A DNA stretch of 62,392 nt, counting the filler. It is 9 parts of 9 records of this genome, joined end to end, with 100 filler letters (N's around TTAATTAATTAA, not from the genome) between each part and the next. Parts side by side here need not be neighbours in the genome. Positions count along the whole stretch, not along the records: positions 48,458 to 56,922 come from SRR31156797_13524; positions 57,023 to 62,392 come from SRR31156797_13533; 7 more parts are not named here. The stretch is one strand, 5' to 3'. The notes under the pieces were generated by a model. That model saw nothing but the letters and a program-made list of their open reading frames with translations, was not told where the DNA came from and ran no database searches. Below, one piece after another: positions 49,507 to 59,528 of this stretch (the first letter of the stretch is position 1; every line of letters starts with the position of its first letter). The position numbers and the translations under genes were made by a program.

Positions 49507-52500
49507 TTATATCAATCTATTTATTTCATTAAAAACTTGCAGAGCTTCCTCAAACTCATAATTTTCAATAAAATCCTTCAAAATTTCTACTTTCTCTCTA
49601 CCAGAAATTTGGAGTAAAGATTTATCAATAGTTTTAAATCTCGTAAATGATTCAGTATTATAATTCTCAAGGGCCTCTCCTAACTCAATCATTTTACTTT
49701 TTAATTCCTCTTTAGAAATTTCAACGCTTTTATCATTTCCCTCTTCTTCGTATTTATTATTAATCATTCTTAGAGTTTCTATTTCTTCTAAAATCTTGTA
49801 CAAGTGAGTAGAGAACTTCTCAAATTCCAACTTGTTAAAAATTTCTTCTAATTTACTGGAGTTTTTCATTAAAATTTCAACTTCTAAACTACTTTTATGG
49901 AGTTCATTTGCTCCAATATTTCCAGCTGTACCCTTCAAGGTATGAACAGCTCTAAAGGCAAAATCTTCGTCACTATTCTTAATAGCTTTCATTAATGTCT
50001 CCAAAAAATCAGTATATTCATTTTTGAATTTTAATAAAATATTTACATAAAGCTCTATATTTCCAGATAAACGTTTAAGAGACTCATCCACATCAAAAGA
50101 CTTCAGTGTATCCTTTAATAAAGATGAAGAGATTATGTTATTACTTATCAAGTTATCAGCTTTATAAGTATTTCGCTCTCCAGCTTCTACCCATTTAACA
50201 AGCACTTCAAACATTTTTTTCTTATCTATTGGTTTTGTTAAATAATCATTCATTCCAATAGTGAGAACTCTTTCTTTAGTTCCAAGCATTGCATCAGCAC
50301 TTAGAGCAATTATTGGTAGAGAATTAAAGCTATCATCTTTTCTAATTAATTTCGCCGCGCTGTAACCATCAAGAACAGGCATTTGAAGGTCAAGTAATAC
50401 GAGATCATATTTTTTATTATATATTCTTTCAAGGGCTTCTTGACCATTTTCAGCTAAATCTACCCAAAAGCCCTGACGCTCTAATACTTCCTTTGCAACT
50501 TGTTGATTGATTTTATTATCTTCAACTAAAAGTATTTTTGCTCCTCTTATTTTATCAAAACCAAATGGATACTCCTCTTCGTGAGTTTTAGAAACATAAT
50601 TACTTGTATTAGTTGAGAAGATTTCTAATATTACTTTTTGTAATTGATTTATTAACAAAGGTTTATATATGACATCTTTTATATCTATCTCACTTAATAA
50701 TTGGGCAATATTTTCATCTTTATATGGTGCTGTGATAACTAACGAAGGTAAACTTTTAAGGCTCTGAGTCTCTTTTAATTCTTGCCAAATATTTAACCCA
50801 TTTACTTTTAATAATTTATAGTCAAGAAATAGTAAATCATAGTTAGATTTCTTAATTTCTTCCATTACTTCATCTGAAGAAGCAACAACTTTCAAATGAC
50901 TACTTAGTCCACTTAATATAGAGGTAATCGCCTCTCTAGCAATATAGTTTTCATCTGCAGCTAAAATTTTGAGTTCTTTATTGAGTTTCATCTGCTGTGT
51001 ATCTTCAGTCACTTTTTCCTCTAGCATAGTAAAAGTAATGTTGAAGTAAAATCTAGCTCCTTTATTATAAGTACTGTCAACGTAGATCTCACCATCCATT
51101 AGCTCCACTAAAGATTTAGTTATGCATAAACCTAGACCGGTTCCACCATACTTTCTAGTTGTCGACTCATCAGCTTGTGAGAATGAGTCAAACAATTCCT
51201 CAACTTGCTCTGGCTTAATTCCAATCCCCGTATCAATAACATTAAAACGTAATGTAATAAACTCTTCTTGACGATTTACTTGCTTAATTCTAAGAATTAC
51301 ATTTCCTTTTTCAGTAAATTTTATTGCGTTAGATACTAAATTAAGAAGTATTTGATTTAATCTAAGAGGATCTCCAATAAGTTCATTTGGAATATTCATA
51401 TCCTTAATTATGATAAACTCCAACTTCTTTTTATGAGCTTTTAAGGCAGTCATATTTTTGAGTATTTCTAAAATATCTTCAAGTTCAAAATGAATATTCT
51501 CAATTTTTAATTTTCCAGCTTCTATTTTTGAAAAATCTAAGATATCATTTATTATTCCCAATAAGTTTTTAGCGGAAACAGAGATTTTATTTACATAATC
51601 TTGTTGCTTGATGTTTAAGTCAGTTGAGGATAATAGATCATTCAAGCCTATGATTCCATTCATAGGGGTTCTGATTTCATGACTCATGTTTGCTAAGAAA
51701 TTACTTTTTGCCTCTGTTGCTCTAATTGCAGCTTCTTTGGCTATTCGCATTTTGTCATTAATATCACGCTCGAGACTTATGTCAGAAGCAATATTTGCAA
51801 TATATTTAATTTCATTTGATTTATCAATGATTGGGAAAAACATCTCTTTTATGACTTTTTTTTCTTTATCACTTACATATATAGTTTTTTCAAATGTATA
51901 TTCTCCCGTTTTTAAAACATTTGGAATAATATGCTCCAATAACTCTTTTTTGAGATATTCATTATGAAGCACTTTGTAATCTCCATTATTTGCATTATCT
52001 TGGGAATAGTCTTTTTCCACTTCAACTAAAGAATCATTCACATATATTAAATTTCCTTTTAGATCAACAATACAGAAGCCCTGGGTTGCATTATCGATTA
52101 AATTTTTAAACATTAAAATACTTTCATAGAATTCATCGAGCTCTTTTGTCATATTTACAAAAGTTTCAGTGAATAATCCAATTTCGTCTGACGTAATTTC
52201 TATGTTCTTATTTTTTATTTTCTTGTTAACTCTGAACTCTTCAGTTAGGGATGATAATTGTGCAATTGGCTCAGTAACACTAAGGATAAATTTTCGAGAA
52301 AAAATCAAAAGAACTATAATAAATCCTGCTATAAGCAGCGATAAAGTCTTCTGAAGATTATTTATAGGAAGTAAAATATCATCAACTTTATAGCTAAGTA
52401 TTAAATACCAATTAATTTCAGGAAGAGCGCTTTTACTAACTGATAAGAGCATGTTATCTTTTGTTCTTATAAATCTGTCACCACTTAAAATTTTCTCAAG

Positions 52501-53304
52501 AATATTGGCCTCGTGATACTTCTGTAGGAACTTATAGTACTTACTTTGGTATATGATATTTCCACTATCAGTAAGAATAGTTATCTCTTTTTGTGCATCA
52601 AACTTTGACAATAGATTAATTTCATAAATAATTTCAAACACTGATAAGGATGTCTTAAGAACACCTAGAAAACTTCCCTTATCATCAGTTACACGATAAG
52701 CTATTGGGATTACATAAGTATCTACGTCTTGGTCAAACTCAATCTCCCCAATATATTTACCTTTATTTTTTGCCTCTAACCACCATTTTTTTTCGTGATG
52801 GAAATAATCATTTGTTTTAGAGGTAACGAGTATATTTGCCCCATAGCGATTTGTTATTATTATATTCTTAAATGAAGAGTATCCTCTTTTAGCAATTTGG
52901 CTTCCAATAAATACATTGTGCAAATCCTTACTTATATTTGTTTTAAGTTGTTTACTACTTATTTCATCGTCAACCTTGCTTTTCCATTTTTTTTCATTAA
53001 CTTTTAGATAATTCATAATGTTATTTTGATTTGAAAGTGCATCTAGATCATTTCTTAAGAACTCTCTTATTCTTAATGCTTTTGACCTACTCTCAAACTT
53101 CTCTATATTATTTCTAAGATTTGAGTCTATTTGAAGAATCATCTCTAAGGATAAATTTATTGTATTTGTCTTAACTGATTCCAATAAGGCGTTGCTACTA
53201 ATTCTAACAGAAATATAGCTTAAGATGATTAAAAATAGAGTTAAAAGTAATATAAATTTAAAAAGTTTATCTCTTATCAAACTGTTCTTTCTCAAAATAA
53301 TCAC
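49507..53304 (-). CDS. Hybrid sensor histidine kinase (Cache-HAMP-PAS-HisKA-HATPase-REC-REC-Hpt)
   Basis: FLANMSHEIRTPMNG, NAIKFT, DTGIG, GGTGLGL, LLDLQMP, HTLKG. Confidence 0.93.
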   Translation of the reverse strand: MIILRKNSLIRDKLFKFILLLTLFLIILSYISVRISSNALLESVKTNTINLSLEMILQIDSNLRNNIEKFESRSKALRIREFLRNDLDALSNQNNIMNYLKVNEKKWKSKVDDEISSKQLKTNISKDLHNVFIGSQIAKRGYSSFKNIIITNRYGANILVTSKTNDYFHHEKKWWLEAKNKGKYIGEIEFDQDVDTYVIPIAYRVTDDKGSFLGVLKTSLSVFEIIYEINLLSKFDAQKEITILTDSGNIIYQSKYYKFLQKYHEANILEKILSGDRFIRTKDNMLLSVSKSALPEINWYLILSYKVDDILLPINNLQKTLSLLIAGFIIVLLIFSRKFILSVTEPIAQLSSLTEEFRVNKKIKNKNIEITSDEIGLFTETFVNMTKELDEFYESILMFKNLIDNATQGFCIVDLKGNLIYVNDSLVEVEKDYSQDNANNGDYKVLHNEYLKKELLEHIIPNVLKTGEYTFEKTIYVSDKEKKVIKEMFFPIIDKSNEIKYIANIASDISLERDINDKMRIAKEAAIRATEAKSNFLANMSHEIRTPMNGIIGLNDLLSSTDLNIKQQDYVNKISVSAKNLLGIINDILDFSKIEAGKLKIENIHFELEDILEILKNMTALKAHKKKLEFIIIKDMNIPNELIGDPLRLNQILLNLVSNAIKFTEKGNVILRIKQVNRQEEFITLRFNVIDTGIGIKPEQVEELFDSFSQADESTTRKYGGTGLGLCITKSLVELMDGEIYVDSTYNKGARFYFNITFTMLEEKVTEDTQQMKLNKELKILAADENYIAREAITSILSGLSSHLKVVASSDEVMEEIKKSNYDLLFLDYKLLKVNGLNIWQELKETQSLKSLPSLVITAPYKDENIAQLLSEIDIKDVIYKPLLINQLQKVILEIFSTNTSNYVSKTHEEEYPFGFDKIRGAKILLVEDNKINQQVAKEVLERQGFWVDLAENGQEALERIYNKKYDLVLLDLQMPVLDGYSAAKLIRKDDSFNSLPIIALSADAMLGTKERVLTIGMNDYLTKPIDKKKMFEVLVKWVEAGERNTYKADNLISNNIISSSLLKDTLKSFDVDESLKRLSGNIELYVNILLKFKNEYTDFLETLMKAIKNSDEDFAFRAVHTLKGTAGNIGANELHKSSLEVEILMKNSSKLEEIFNKLEFEKFSTHLYKILEEIETLRMINNKYEEEGNDKSVEISKEELKSKMIELGEALENYNTESFTRFKTIDKSLLQISGREKVEILKDFIENYEFEEALQVFNEINRLI

Positions 53305-53310
53305 CCCAAA

Positions 53311-54396
53311 CTAAAATTCTATCTTCCCATCCTTAATGCTTGCGTGTTCCATATTATATGAAATCTCTCCAGAATCTGGTTCTGATGCTATAATTCCAAG
53401 TAATCCGGTATAAATATACTCTTCTCTCAATTTTTCAATCAATAAAGCCCTTTTTGGTTCAATGTCTTCCAATTTTTCTAGTGTTAGATTGACCACATCA
53501 TATGCTGTAGCGCCAAAGTGATTCAACTCTTTCCCAAACTTCTGTTCATATTTATTTTTTATTCCTTTTGCAAATATATAATTCTTATTATATATAGTTG
53601 GAGCACTAATAAAGGTTTCAAAACCGACTAAATCATTCATTATATCTGGATTTGTCATATTAGAAGTTCCCAAAATTTTACCTCTATAGTTTTTAGCTTT
53701 TATATATGAAACTACCTTTTTAACTTGAGGAGTAAAACCAATAATAATTATCCCATCAAAATTATTCATCTCAGAATTAAACTCCTTAAGCTCGATATTT
53801 TGATGAGTATAAGGGAAGTATTTATAGTTAATATTTAATTGATCTGCTTTCTCTTCTATGAGTTTTAAGTACCCTTGACCAAATACATCATCAACAATAA
53901 CTAAAGCAAGATTATTTAGATTATGCTCAATAATTGAATTAATCATTGGATTAACTTGAGTTTCGTTTGAAGGAGATAATCGAACACACCATTTATTCTG
54001 TTTAGTAAATTCATCTGAGGATACTGAAACACCAATGAGAGGAACACTATATTTTTCTGCCTTCTTTGCTAAACCAACAGATACAAAACTGAGTGTTGAG
54101 ATATAGAATAGTGGTTTCTCTTCCTTTTCAACTTTATCAAATAACTCGTTAGCTTTGCTAAGTGATGTCTCACTATCGTAAAATGATATTTCTAAATCTC
54201 TTCCCTTGATTCCACCATTTTTATTTACATTTTCTTCCAATAACTCTAGTGCATTTTTTGCATTTTCCCCAGTAACATACCCTGATCCTGTTAAACTAAG
54301 GATTGCTCCTACCTTTATTTTCTTTTTATCCTTTGAACATGATAAGGAAAGTAGCAGTAGCAAAACTAATACTGACTTTAGTATAACTTTATTCAT
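53311..54396 (-). CDS. LivJ-like periplasmic binding lipoprotein
   Basis: Lipobox LSLSC, IKVGAILSLTG, NKNGGIKGR, AYD. Confidence 0.85.
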   Translation of the reverse strand: MNKVILKSVLVLLLLLSLSCSKDKKKIKVGAILSLTGSGYVTGENAKNALELLEENVNKNGGIKGRDLEISFYDSETSLSKANELFDKVEKEEKPLFYISTLSFVSVGLAKKAEKYSVPLIGVSVSSDEFTKQNKWCVRLSPSNETQVNPMINSIIEHNLNNLALVIVDDVFGQGYLKLIEEKADQLNINYKYFPYTHQNIELKEFNSEMNNFDGIIIIGFTPQVKKVVSYIKAKNYRGKILGTSNMTNPDIMNDLVGFETFISAPTIYNKNYIFAKGIKNKYEQKFGKELNHFGATAYDVVNLTLEKLEDIEPKRALLIEKLREEYIYTGLLGIIASEPDSGEISYNMEHASIKDGKIEF

Positions 54397-54528
54397 TTTA
54401 ATCCCCTCACATTTCATTTTTTATGTCAGTCTCTTTAGTGATTCTACTTATAGTATACTTATTTTTTATCGGAACCCTTTATTTTAGAATTAAAATCTTT
54501 GTTCAAACAGTAAGCAGGTCAAAAACCA

Positions 54529-54560
54529 AAAAAATGACCGAAACCACTCGGTCATTTTTT
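54529..54560. terminator. Terminator after symporter gene
   Basis: AAAAAATGACCGA..TCGGTCATTTTTT. Confidence 0.8.
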
Positions 54561-54597
54561 ATATACAATCTTTTACACAAATCTATATATTAATATT

Positions 54598-55788
54598 CTA
54601 CGCTTTTGATTTAGATGGTTGAGCAGCTTTATCGTTTTTAAAGATTTTATCAACTAATAATGCAATTGCTCCATCTCCACTTACGTTAGTTGCAGTTCCG
54701 AAACTATCCTGTGCGAAGTGAATAGCGATCATTAATCCTTGTTGTCCGCTTGAAAACATGAACATTTTCTCTAATAATCCAAGAGTCGCATAAACTCCTC
54801 CACCAGGTATTCCAGGTGCTGCTACCATTGTAACACCAAGCATAAAGATGAAAGGTCCCATCATAGCAATAGTTGGAGTAGTTCCACTCATTAATAATAC
54901 TGCCATTGTAGCAAGTACTAATGTAATAGTATCTCCGGCTAAGTGAATAGTAGCTCCTAAAGGTACAACGAAATCAACGATCTCTTCTGAAATTTCATTT
55001 TTTCTTGCACATTCCATACTTACTGGGATAGTTGCAGCTGATGACTGAGTACCAAGTGCAGTAAAGTATGCAGGTAAGTAGTTTTTGATTAACTGAACAG
55101 GATTTTTACCAGTTACTGTTCCAGCGATCATATATTGAACTACCACATATAATGCTTGAAGTCCTAATAACATTACGAATACTGATGAGAAAGTTTTCAT
55201 TGTTGAGAAAATCTCTCCACTAGCTGTAATTTTAGCGAATATTCCAGCGATGTGTAAAGGAATAAACGGAATGATTATAGTGTTGACAGTTTTCTTAATT
55301 ATTGATTGAAAATCAGAAACAGTCTTATATAACGCATCACTATCAAGATGTGCCATTCCTATACCTAATAAGAATGCTAAAATCAGTGCTGTCATAATAC
55401 CCATCATTGGAGGCATATCAATAGAGAAGTAAGGTGCTAAATCTAACGATACTTTTTCTCCAAGTTCTGCTGCTTTAATAAAGTTAGGTAATACAGATTT
55501 TCCAATGAAAAATGCTGTAAAACCAGCAACAATTGTAGATGAATAAGCAATTAATGCTGTAATACCTAATAACTTACTAGCTTTATTTCCTAAATCAGCA
55601 ATTCCTGGTGCAACGAATGCAAGGATAATACAAGGAATGATGAATTTAAGGAAATTACCAAATATAGAACTAAATGTTGCCATAAGTTTAATAAGAATAT
55701 AATTACCCATACCATTACATAAGAATCCAATAGCTACCCCTGCTAAGATTCCGACAATCAGTTTACCTAATAGACCAAATTTTTTCAT
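54598..55788 (-). CDS. Dicarboxylate/amino acid:cation symporter (DAACS)
   Basis: TQSSAATIP, PLGATIHL, APGIPGG, DSFGTATNVSGD. Confidence 0.9.
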   Translation of the reverse strand: MKKFGLLGKLIVGILAGVAIGFLCNGMGNYILIKLMATFSSIFGNFLKFIIPCIILAFVAPGIADLGNKASKLLGITALIAYSSTIVAGFTAFFIGKSVLPNFIKAAELGEKVSLDLAPYFSIDMPPMMGIMTALILAFLLGIGMAHLDSDALYKTVSDFQSIIKKTVNTIIIPFIPLHIAGIFAKITASGEIFSTMKTFSSVFVMLLGLQALYVVVQYMIAGTVTGKNPVQLIKNYLPAYFTALGTQSSAATIPVSMECARKNEISEEIVDFVVPLGATIHLAGDTITLVLATMAVLLMSGTTPTIAMMGPFIFMLGVTMVAAPGIPGGGVYATLGLLEKMFMFSSGQQGLMIAIHFAQDSFGTATNVSGDGAIALLVDKIFKNDKAAQPSKSKA

Positions 55789-56143
55789 AATTTTTACCAC
55801 ACGCTCCTTAATTTAATATTGTATTTATCAACACAGACAATCTATACAATATATTTAAATAATATATAAAATATATCTAAGATAGTATAAAAGATATCAT
55901 ACATCATCACCGTAGTCAAGTGGTTTTTCCATTAATTTAGTAGCTGTGTAATAAAAATATGAACAAAACTTAAAAAATACTATTTTTTTGGACACGAAGA
56001 ATCTACTTGTCAAATAATTACTTAAAAAGTTTAACTATATACAAGTTGGGCTGGAAGTAAGAATTCTCAAGTATATTTGAGTATTTACGTGTACAATCTA
56101 TGAGAGATATGTTACCCATAAAAAAAATATATCGGATAGATGG

Positions 56144-56172
56144 TTGACAAAGTTTGACATAAAGTTTATAAT
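56144..56172 (+). promoter_or_regulatory. Consensus sigma70 promoter for TAXI gene
   Basis: TTGACA-N17-TATAAT; palindrome ACAGG..CCTGT at 56189-56213 is a possible operator. Confidence 0.75.
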
Positions 56173-56257
56173 TATTGTGTAATGTATAACAGGACATACT
56201 TAGGTATACCTGTGTATTGTTTGTGATTAATAAAAAAACTTGAGGAGGTTATTTACT

Positions 56258-56922
56258 ATGAAAAAAGGTATTTTGGCAACATTATTAACAGTAGTATTAT
56301 TAGCAGCGATGAGTACTGAGTCTTACGCATTATTCGGGTTCGGAAAGAAAAAGGATAAAAAACCTGCTAAAGCAAGAAAACAGTTCGTAACAATCGGAAC
56401 TGGAGGAGTTACTGGAGTTTACTACCCTACAGGTGGAGCAATCAGTAAAATGATTAACAAAAAAGATGAATATAATGTAAAAGCAACTGTTGAGTCGACA
56501 GGTGGATCAGTTTATAACATTAATGCAGTTATGACTGGAGATTTAGATTTCGGAATCGCTCAATCAGATAGACAGTATCAAGCATATAACGGTTCAGCTG
56601 GATCAGAATGGGAAGGAAAAGCTCAAAAAGATCTAAGAGCAGTATTTTCTATTCATCCTGAGTCAATCACATTAGTTGCATCAGCAGATGCTGGAATTGA
56701 TTCAGTAGCAGATTTAAAAGGTAAGAAAGTTAACTTAGGAAACGTTGGTTCAGGACAATTACAAAACGCTTTAGATGTTCTTGGAGCTTTAGGAATGTCA
56801 AAAGATGATGTTCAGGGAGAATATGTTAAAGCAGTAGAAGCACCGGGATTATTACAAGATGAAAGATTAGATGCTTTCTTCTATACTGTAGGACATCCAA
56901 GTGGAGCTATCAAAGAAGCAAC
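56258..56922 (+). CDS. TAXI family TRAP substrate-binding protein, truncated
   Basis: IGTGGVTGVYYPTG, STGGSVYN, GIAQSD. Confidence 0.92.
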
Positions 56923-57026
56923 NNNNNNNNNNNNNNNNNNNNNNNNNNNNNNNNNNNNNNNNNNNNTTAATTAATTAANNNNNNNNNNNNNNNNNNNNNN
57001 NNNNNNNNNNNNNNNNNNNNNNATTT

Positions 57027-57072
57027 CTCAGCAGCATGGCAGTGTGCCGCCTACGACGGGATGGTTGCACTG
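57027..57072 (+). repeat. 46-bp cassette-delimiting repeat, copy 1
   Basis: CTCAGCAGCATGGCAGTGTGCCGCCTACGACGGGATGGTTGCACTG. Confidence 0.85.
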
Positions 57073-57138
57073 CATTAAGCAAGGGTTTTTATTAAAGATA
57101 GCTTGACAAATCATGGATATGGACCTGATGTAAATTTT

Positions 57139-58119
57139 TCATTTTCCGGGAGGAACTATGTCATCAGGATAAAGATATGAAAGTCCAAGTCCAATGAGAA
57201 TAGGATATAAGAACATGAACATTCTGACCTCATACAAGATGCCAAATGTCACAAGGGGTAATACAAAAAACGGAATGGCTAAACTAAGGTTTTTGAGAAA
57301 TGGAGGTGCATTCTTATACCCTAGGAATGCAAATACCCAAAAGATTCCCACAAAAAGAGTAAGATGTGTAACTACTAATGTGAAACCAATTAATGAGCTG
57401 TCTATTGCCCATATTTGCTGAAATGATATGACTGGTCTTGCATTTCCCAATATAGTTCGGAGTCCTGCGTAGATCACTCCCCATATTAAAAGGTATAAAC
57501 AAAGCCATGAAACTGTATTGACAGGTATCTTTTTTGATTCTAAAATGTTCTTTATGTCAATACTTGTGAAAAAAAAGGCTACCGGTATAAATATTGAAGT
57601 CTCTCTGTTTAATGAAGCAACTATCATCAAGAGAGCGATTAATAGATGTTGCTGCTTGTATATCAATATCAATCCCAGTGTGAAAAGGCCGGTTTCAAGT
57701 AATGACCATGGTTGGTAGTTATGAAAATTGAATGCAAGAATTATAACAGTGGAAATGAATAAGATCCCAAACATAGAGTGTTCTTTTGTGAACCATATAG
57801 TTAAGAAATAATAGATGGTCAATAACAAAAAAAGAATTGCAATAAAGTCGTATATGGCATACGATAAATTAAATGAAATTTTATAGGAGAGAATCCTGGA
57901 AAACAGTTCAATGAAGACCTCATTCAAATATGGAACCAATACTCTATACCGATATGGATCAGCTGCCGTACCACTAATAATATGATCGTGAAGGACCATC
58001 CTGGTATTAATAGCGTCAAAATCTATCAGTCTGAAATATGTCAAAGATAGTGTAGCAGCTATCGATAAGATAATTGAATGATTTTTCCAGTCTGATTTAA
58101 TGGAAGATATGTACTTCAA
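57139..58119 (-). CDS. Polytopic membrane protein (possibly GT-C-like)
   Basis: About 8-9 hydrophobic segments; PYRYRVLVP and SLNRETS motifs. Confidence 0.7.
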   Translation of the reverse strand: MKYISSIKSDWKNHSIILSIAATLSLTYFRLIDFDAINTRMVLHDHIISGTAADPYRYRVLVPYLNEVFIELFSRILSYKISFNLSYAIYDFIAILFLLLTIYYFLTIWFTKEHSMFGILFISTVIILAFNFHNYQPWSLLETGLFTLGLILIYKQQHLLIALLMIVASLNRETSIFIPVAFFFTSIDIKNILESKKIPVNTVSWLCLYLLIWGVIYAGLRTILGNARPVISFQQIWAIDSSLIGFTLVVTHLTLFVGIFWVFAFLGYKNAPPFLKNLSLAIPFFVLPLVTFGILYEVRMFMFLYPILIGLGLSYLYPDDIVPPGK

Positions 58120-58380
58120 TTAGATTTCACTTCCTAAGAGTGTGAAGGGATATGTTCGTTTTTTGTGTTAGATTCGTACAAATATAAAGTTTTTTGTTTT
58201 GATTTTGTAGAATTATCAGAAACACATGGGCAAAGAAGACACTAAGTTTGAATAGTCGAAAGTCATGAATAACTATCATCATCCCGGAGGGTCCGGCGAA
58301 GCCCGCATGATCCGATAAAATGAAAAATAATCTGTTGCTTTCAACTCTTTTTCTGCATACCGGTACTTTAAAAATCGCTA

Positions 58381-58396
58381 TTTTTCTACAGAGCCA
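58381..58396 (-). mobile_element. Possible orphan IS terminal inverted repeat
   Basis: Minus strand GGCTCTGTAGAAAAA resembles, from memory, IS5-family ends in methanogens; no transposase present. Confidence 0.3.
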
Positions 58397-58744
58397 TATT
58401 ATTCATAATTCAAAAGGTATTTAGTAAAAAGTACAATATTCAATATGGTAGGTCCAGGCATTTGCTTCTTATATCAAACACCTTTCGAATTTATATATAT
58501 ATACTTCATAATGATTTAAGTACATGTGATGTATGATACATGGTATGTAGGTTAATGGGATATGTGCCAGAACGGTCAATGCAAAGGCCAGTCTTCAGAA
58601 GGAAAAAATATTTGTGCTGGATTTTGAGGACATAGGGAGTGTCCTGAGTAAGTTATATTGAATTTTTTTAGCTAAAACTATTCTGAACTATGTAGAGCAT
58701 AGTATGTTCATGCAAAATTTCATGCAGTATTCTACTTTTTACTT

Positions 58745-58790
58745 CTTAGCAGCACGGTAGTATGCCACCTTGGAAGAAATGGATTTTTAT
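58745..58790 (+). repeat. 46-bp repeat, copy 2 (degenerate)
   Basis: CTTAGCAGCACGGTAGTATGCCACCTTGGAAGAAATGG.. aligns without gaps to copy 1. Confidence 0.7.
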
Positions 58791-58830
58791 TATCTGGAAA
58801 ACGTTGTTTCTTTTAAAGCAAATTACTTAA

Positions 58831-59100
58831 TCATAAGAGCCATTTGTATCCATGTTCGCGGGAAAATATTTCAAGTATGTATACCACATCATCCTCAATG
58901 GCAAAAACCGCCCTGTAGTTACCTATACGCAAACGGTAAAGATCTTGTTTTCCTTTGCTACCTTTCAGTTTTTTAACATCCCCATCCAGAGGATTGTTTT
59001 CTGGTTTTCTCAGACCTTCAATAAGCCTGCTTTTTGTTTCTAAGTCCTGTGAACTCAGAAACTTCCTGACATGTGTATGTACAGTAATACTATATCCCAT
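58831..59100 (-). CDS. RelE/ParE family toxin
   Basis: DVKKLKG, LYRLRIGNYRAVF, IFSREHGY. Confidence 0.9.
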   Translation of the reverse strand: MGYSITVHTHVRKFLSSQDLETKSRLIEGLRKPENNPLDGDVKKLKGSKGKQDLYRLRIGNYRAVFAIEDDVVYILEIFSREHGYKWLL

Positions 59101-59111
59101 GCATCTCACTT

Positions 59112-59306
59112 TTAAATTTCATCAAGTGAAACGAACTGTTCTTTTTCCTCTAAACGCCTGTACATACGATCCATGAATTCCTCTTTGTCTACGGCATCCA
59201 TCAGGCGTTCAAGAATGTCGGTATAGGTATCTCCTTTCTGACCATAACTTTTCAGTCTGTTCCTCACTATTTTAGTAGTTGGGATAGTTGTTGTTTCTGC
59301 CATCAT
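59112..59306 (-). CDS. Putative antitoxin (archaeal RHH-like) paired with RelE
   Basis: TTTI..RNRLK..G.KGDTY.DILERL; acidic VSLDEI tail; directly upstream of toxin. Confidence 0.8.
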   Translation of the reverse strand: MMAETTTIPTTKIVRNRLKSYGQKGDTYTDILERLMDAVDKEEFMDRMYRRLEEKEQFVSLDEI

Positions 59307-59360
59307 TTCACCTTATTAAATGCAATGCGTTTTACATATAAACGGTTATTGGTTATTTAT

Positions 59361-59400
59361 AGTAACTTATAATAACTTATAATAGCTCATGATAACTTAT
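59361..59400. promoter_or_regulatory. Four tandem 10-bp units upstream of the TA operon (candidate operator)
   Basis: AGTAACTTAT AATAACTTAT AATAGCTCAT GATAACTTAT. Confidence 0.5.
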
Positions 59401-59482
59401 ACTCAATTCTCTCAAAAACAATAAGAAAAATAGCTTAATCTCTCAAGCTGAAGTAACAGGAAGAGATCTTTGTTTCTTACTC

Positions 59483-59528
59483 TTTAGCAGCATGTCAGTG
59501 TGCCGCCTGCGGTGGAGATGTTGTTTTA
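59483..59528 (+). repeat. 46-bp repeat, copy 3
   Basis: TTTAGCAGCATGTCAGTGTGCCGCCTGCGGTGGAGATGTTGTTTTA; overlaps the ATPase stop codon. Confidence 0.85.

Noticed and set aside
7259-57022. Recurring TTAATTAATTAA motif inside N-runs
   Set aside because: Artificial contig linker; no biological linkage across it should be inferred, and ORFs ending in XXX..LIN are artefacts
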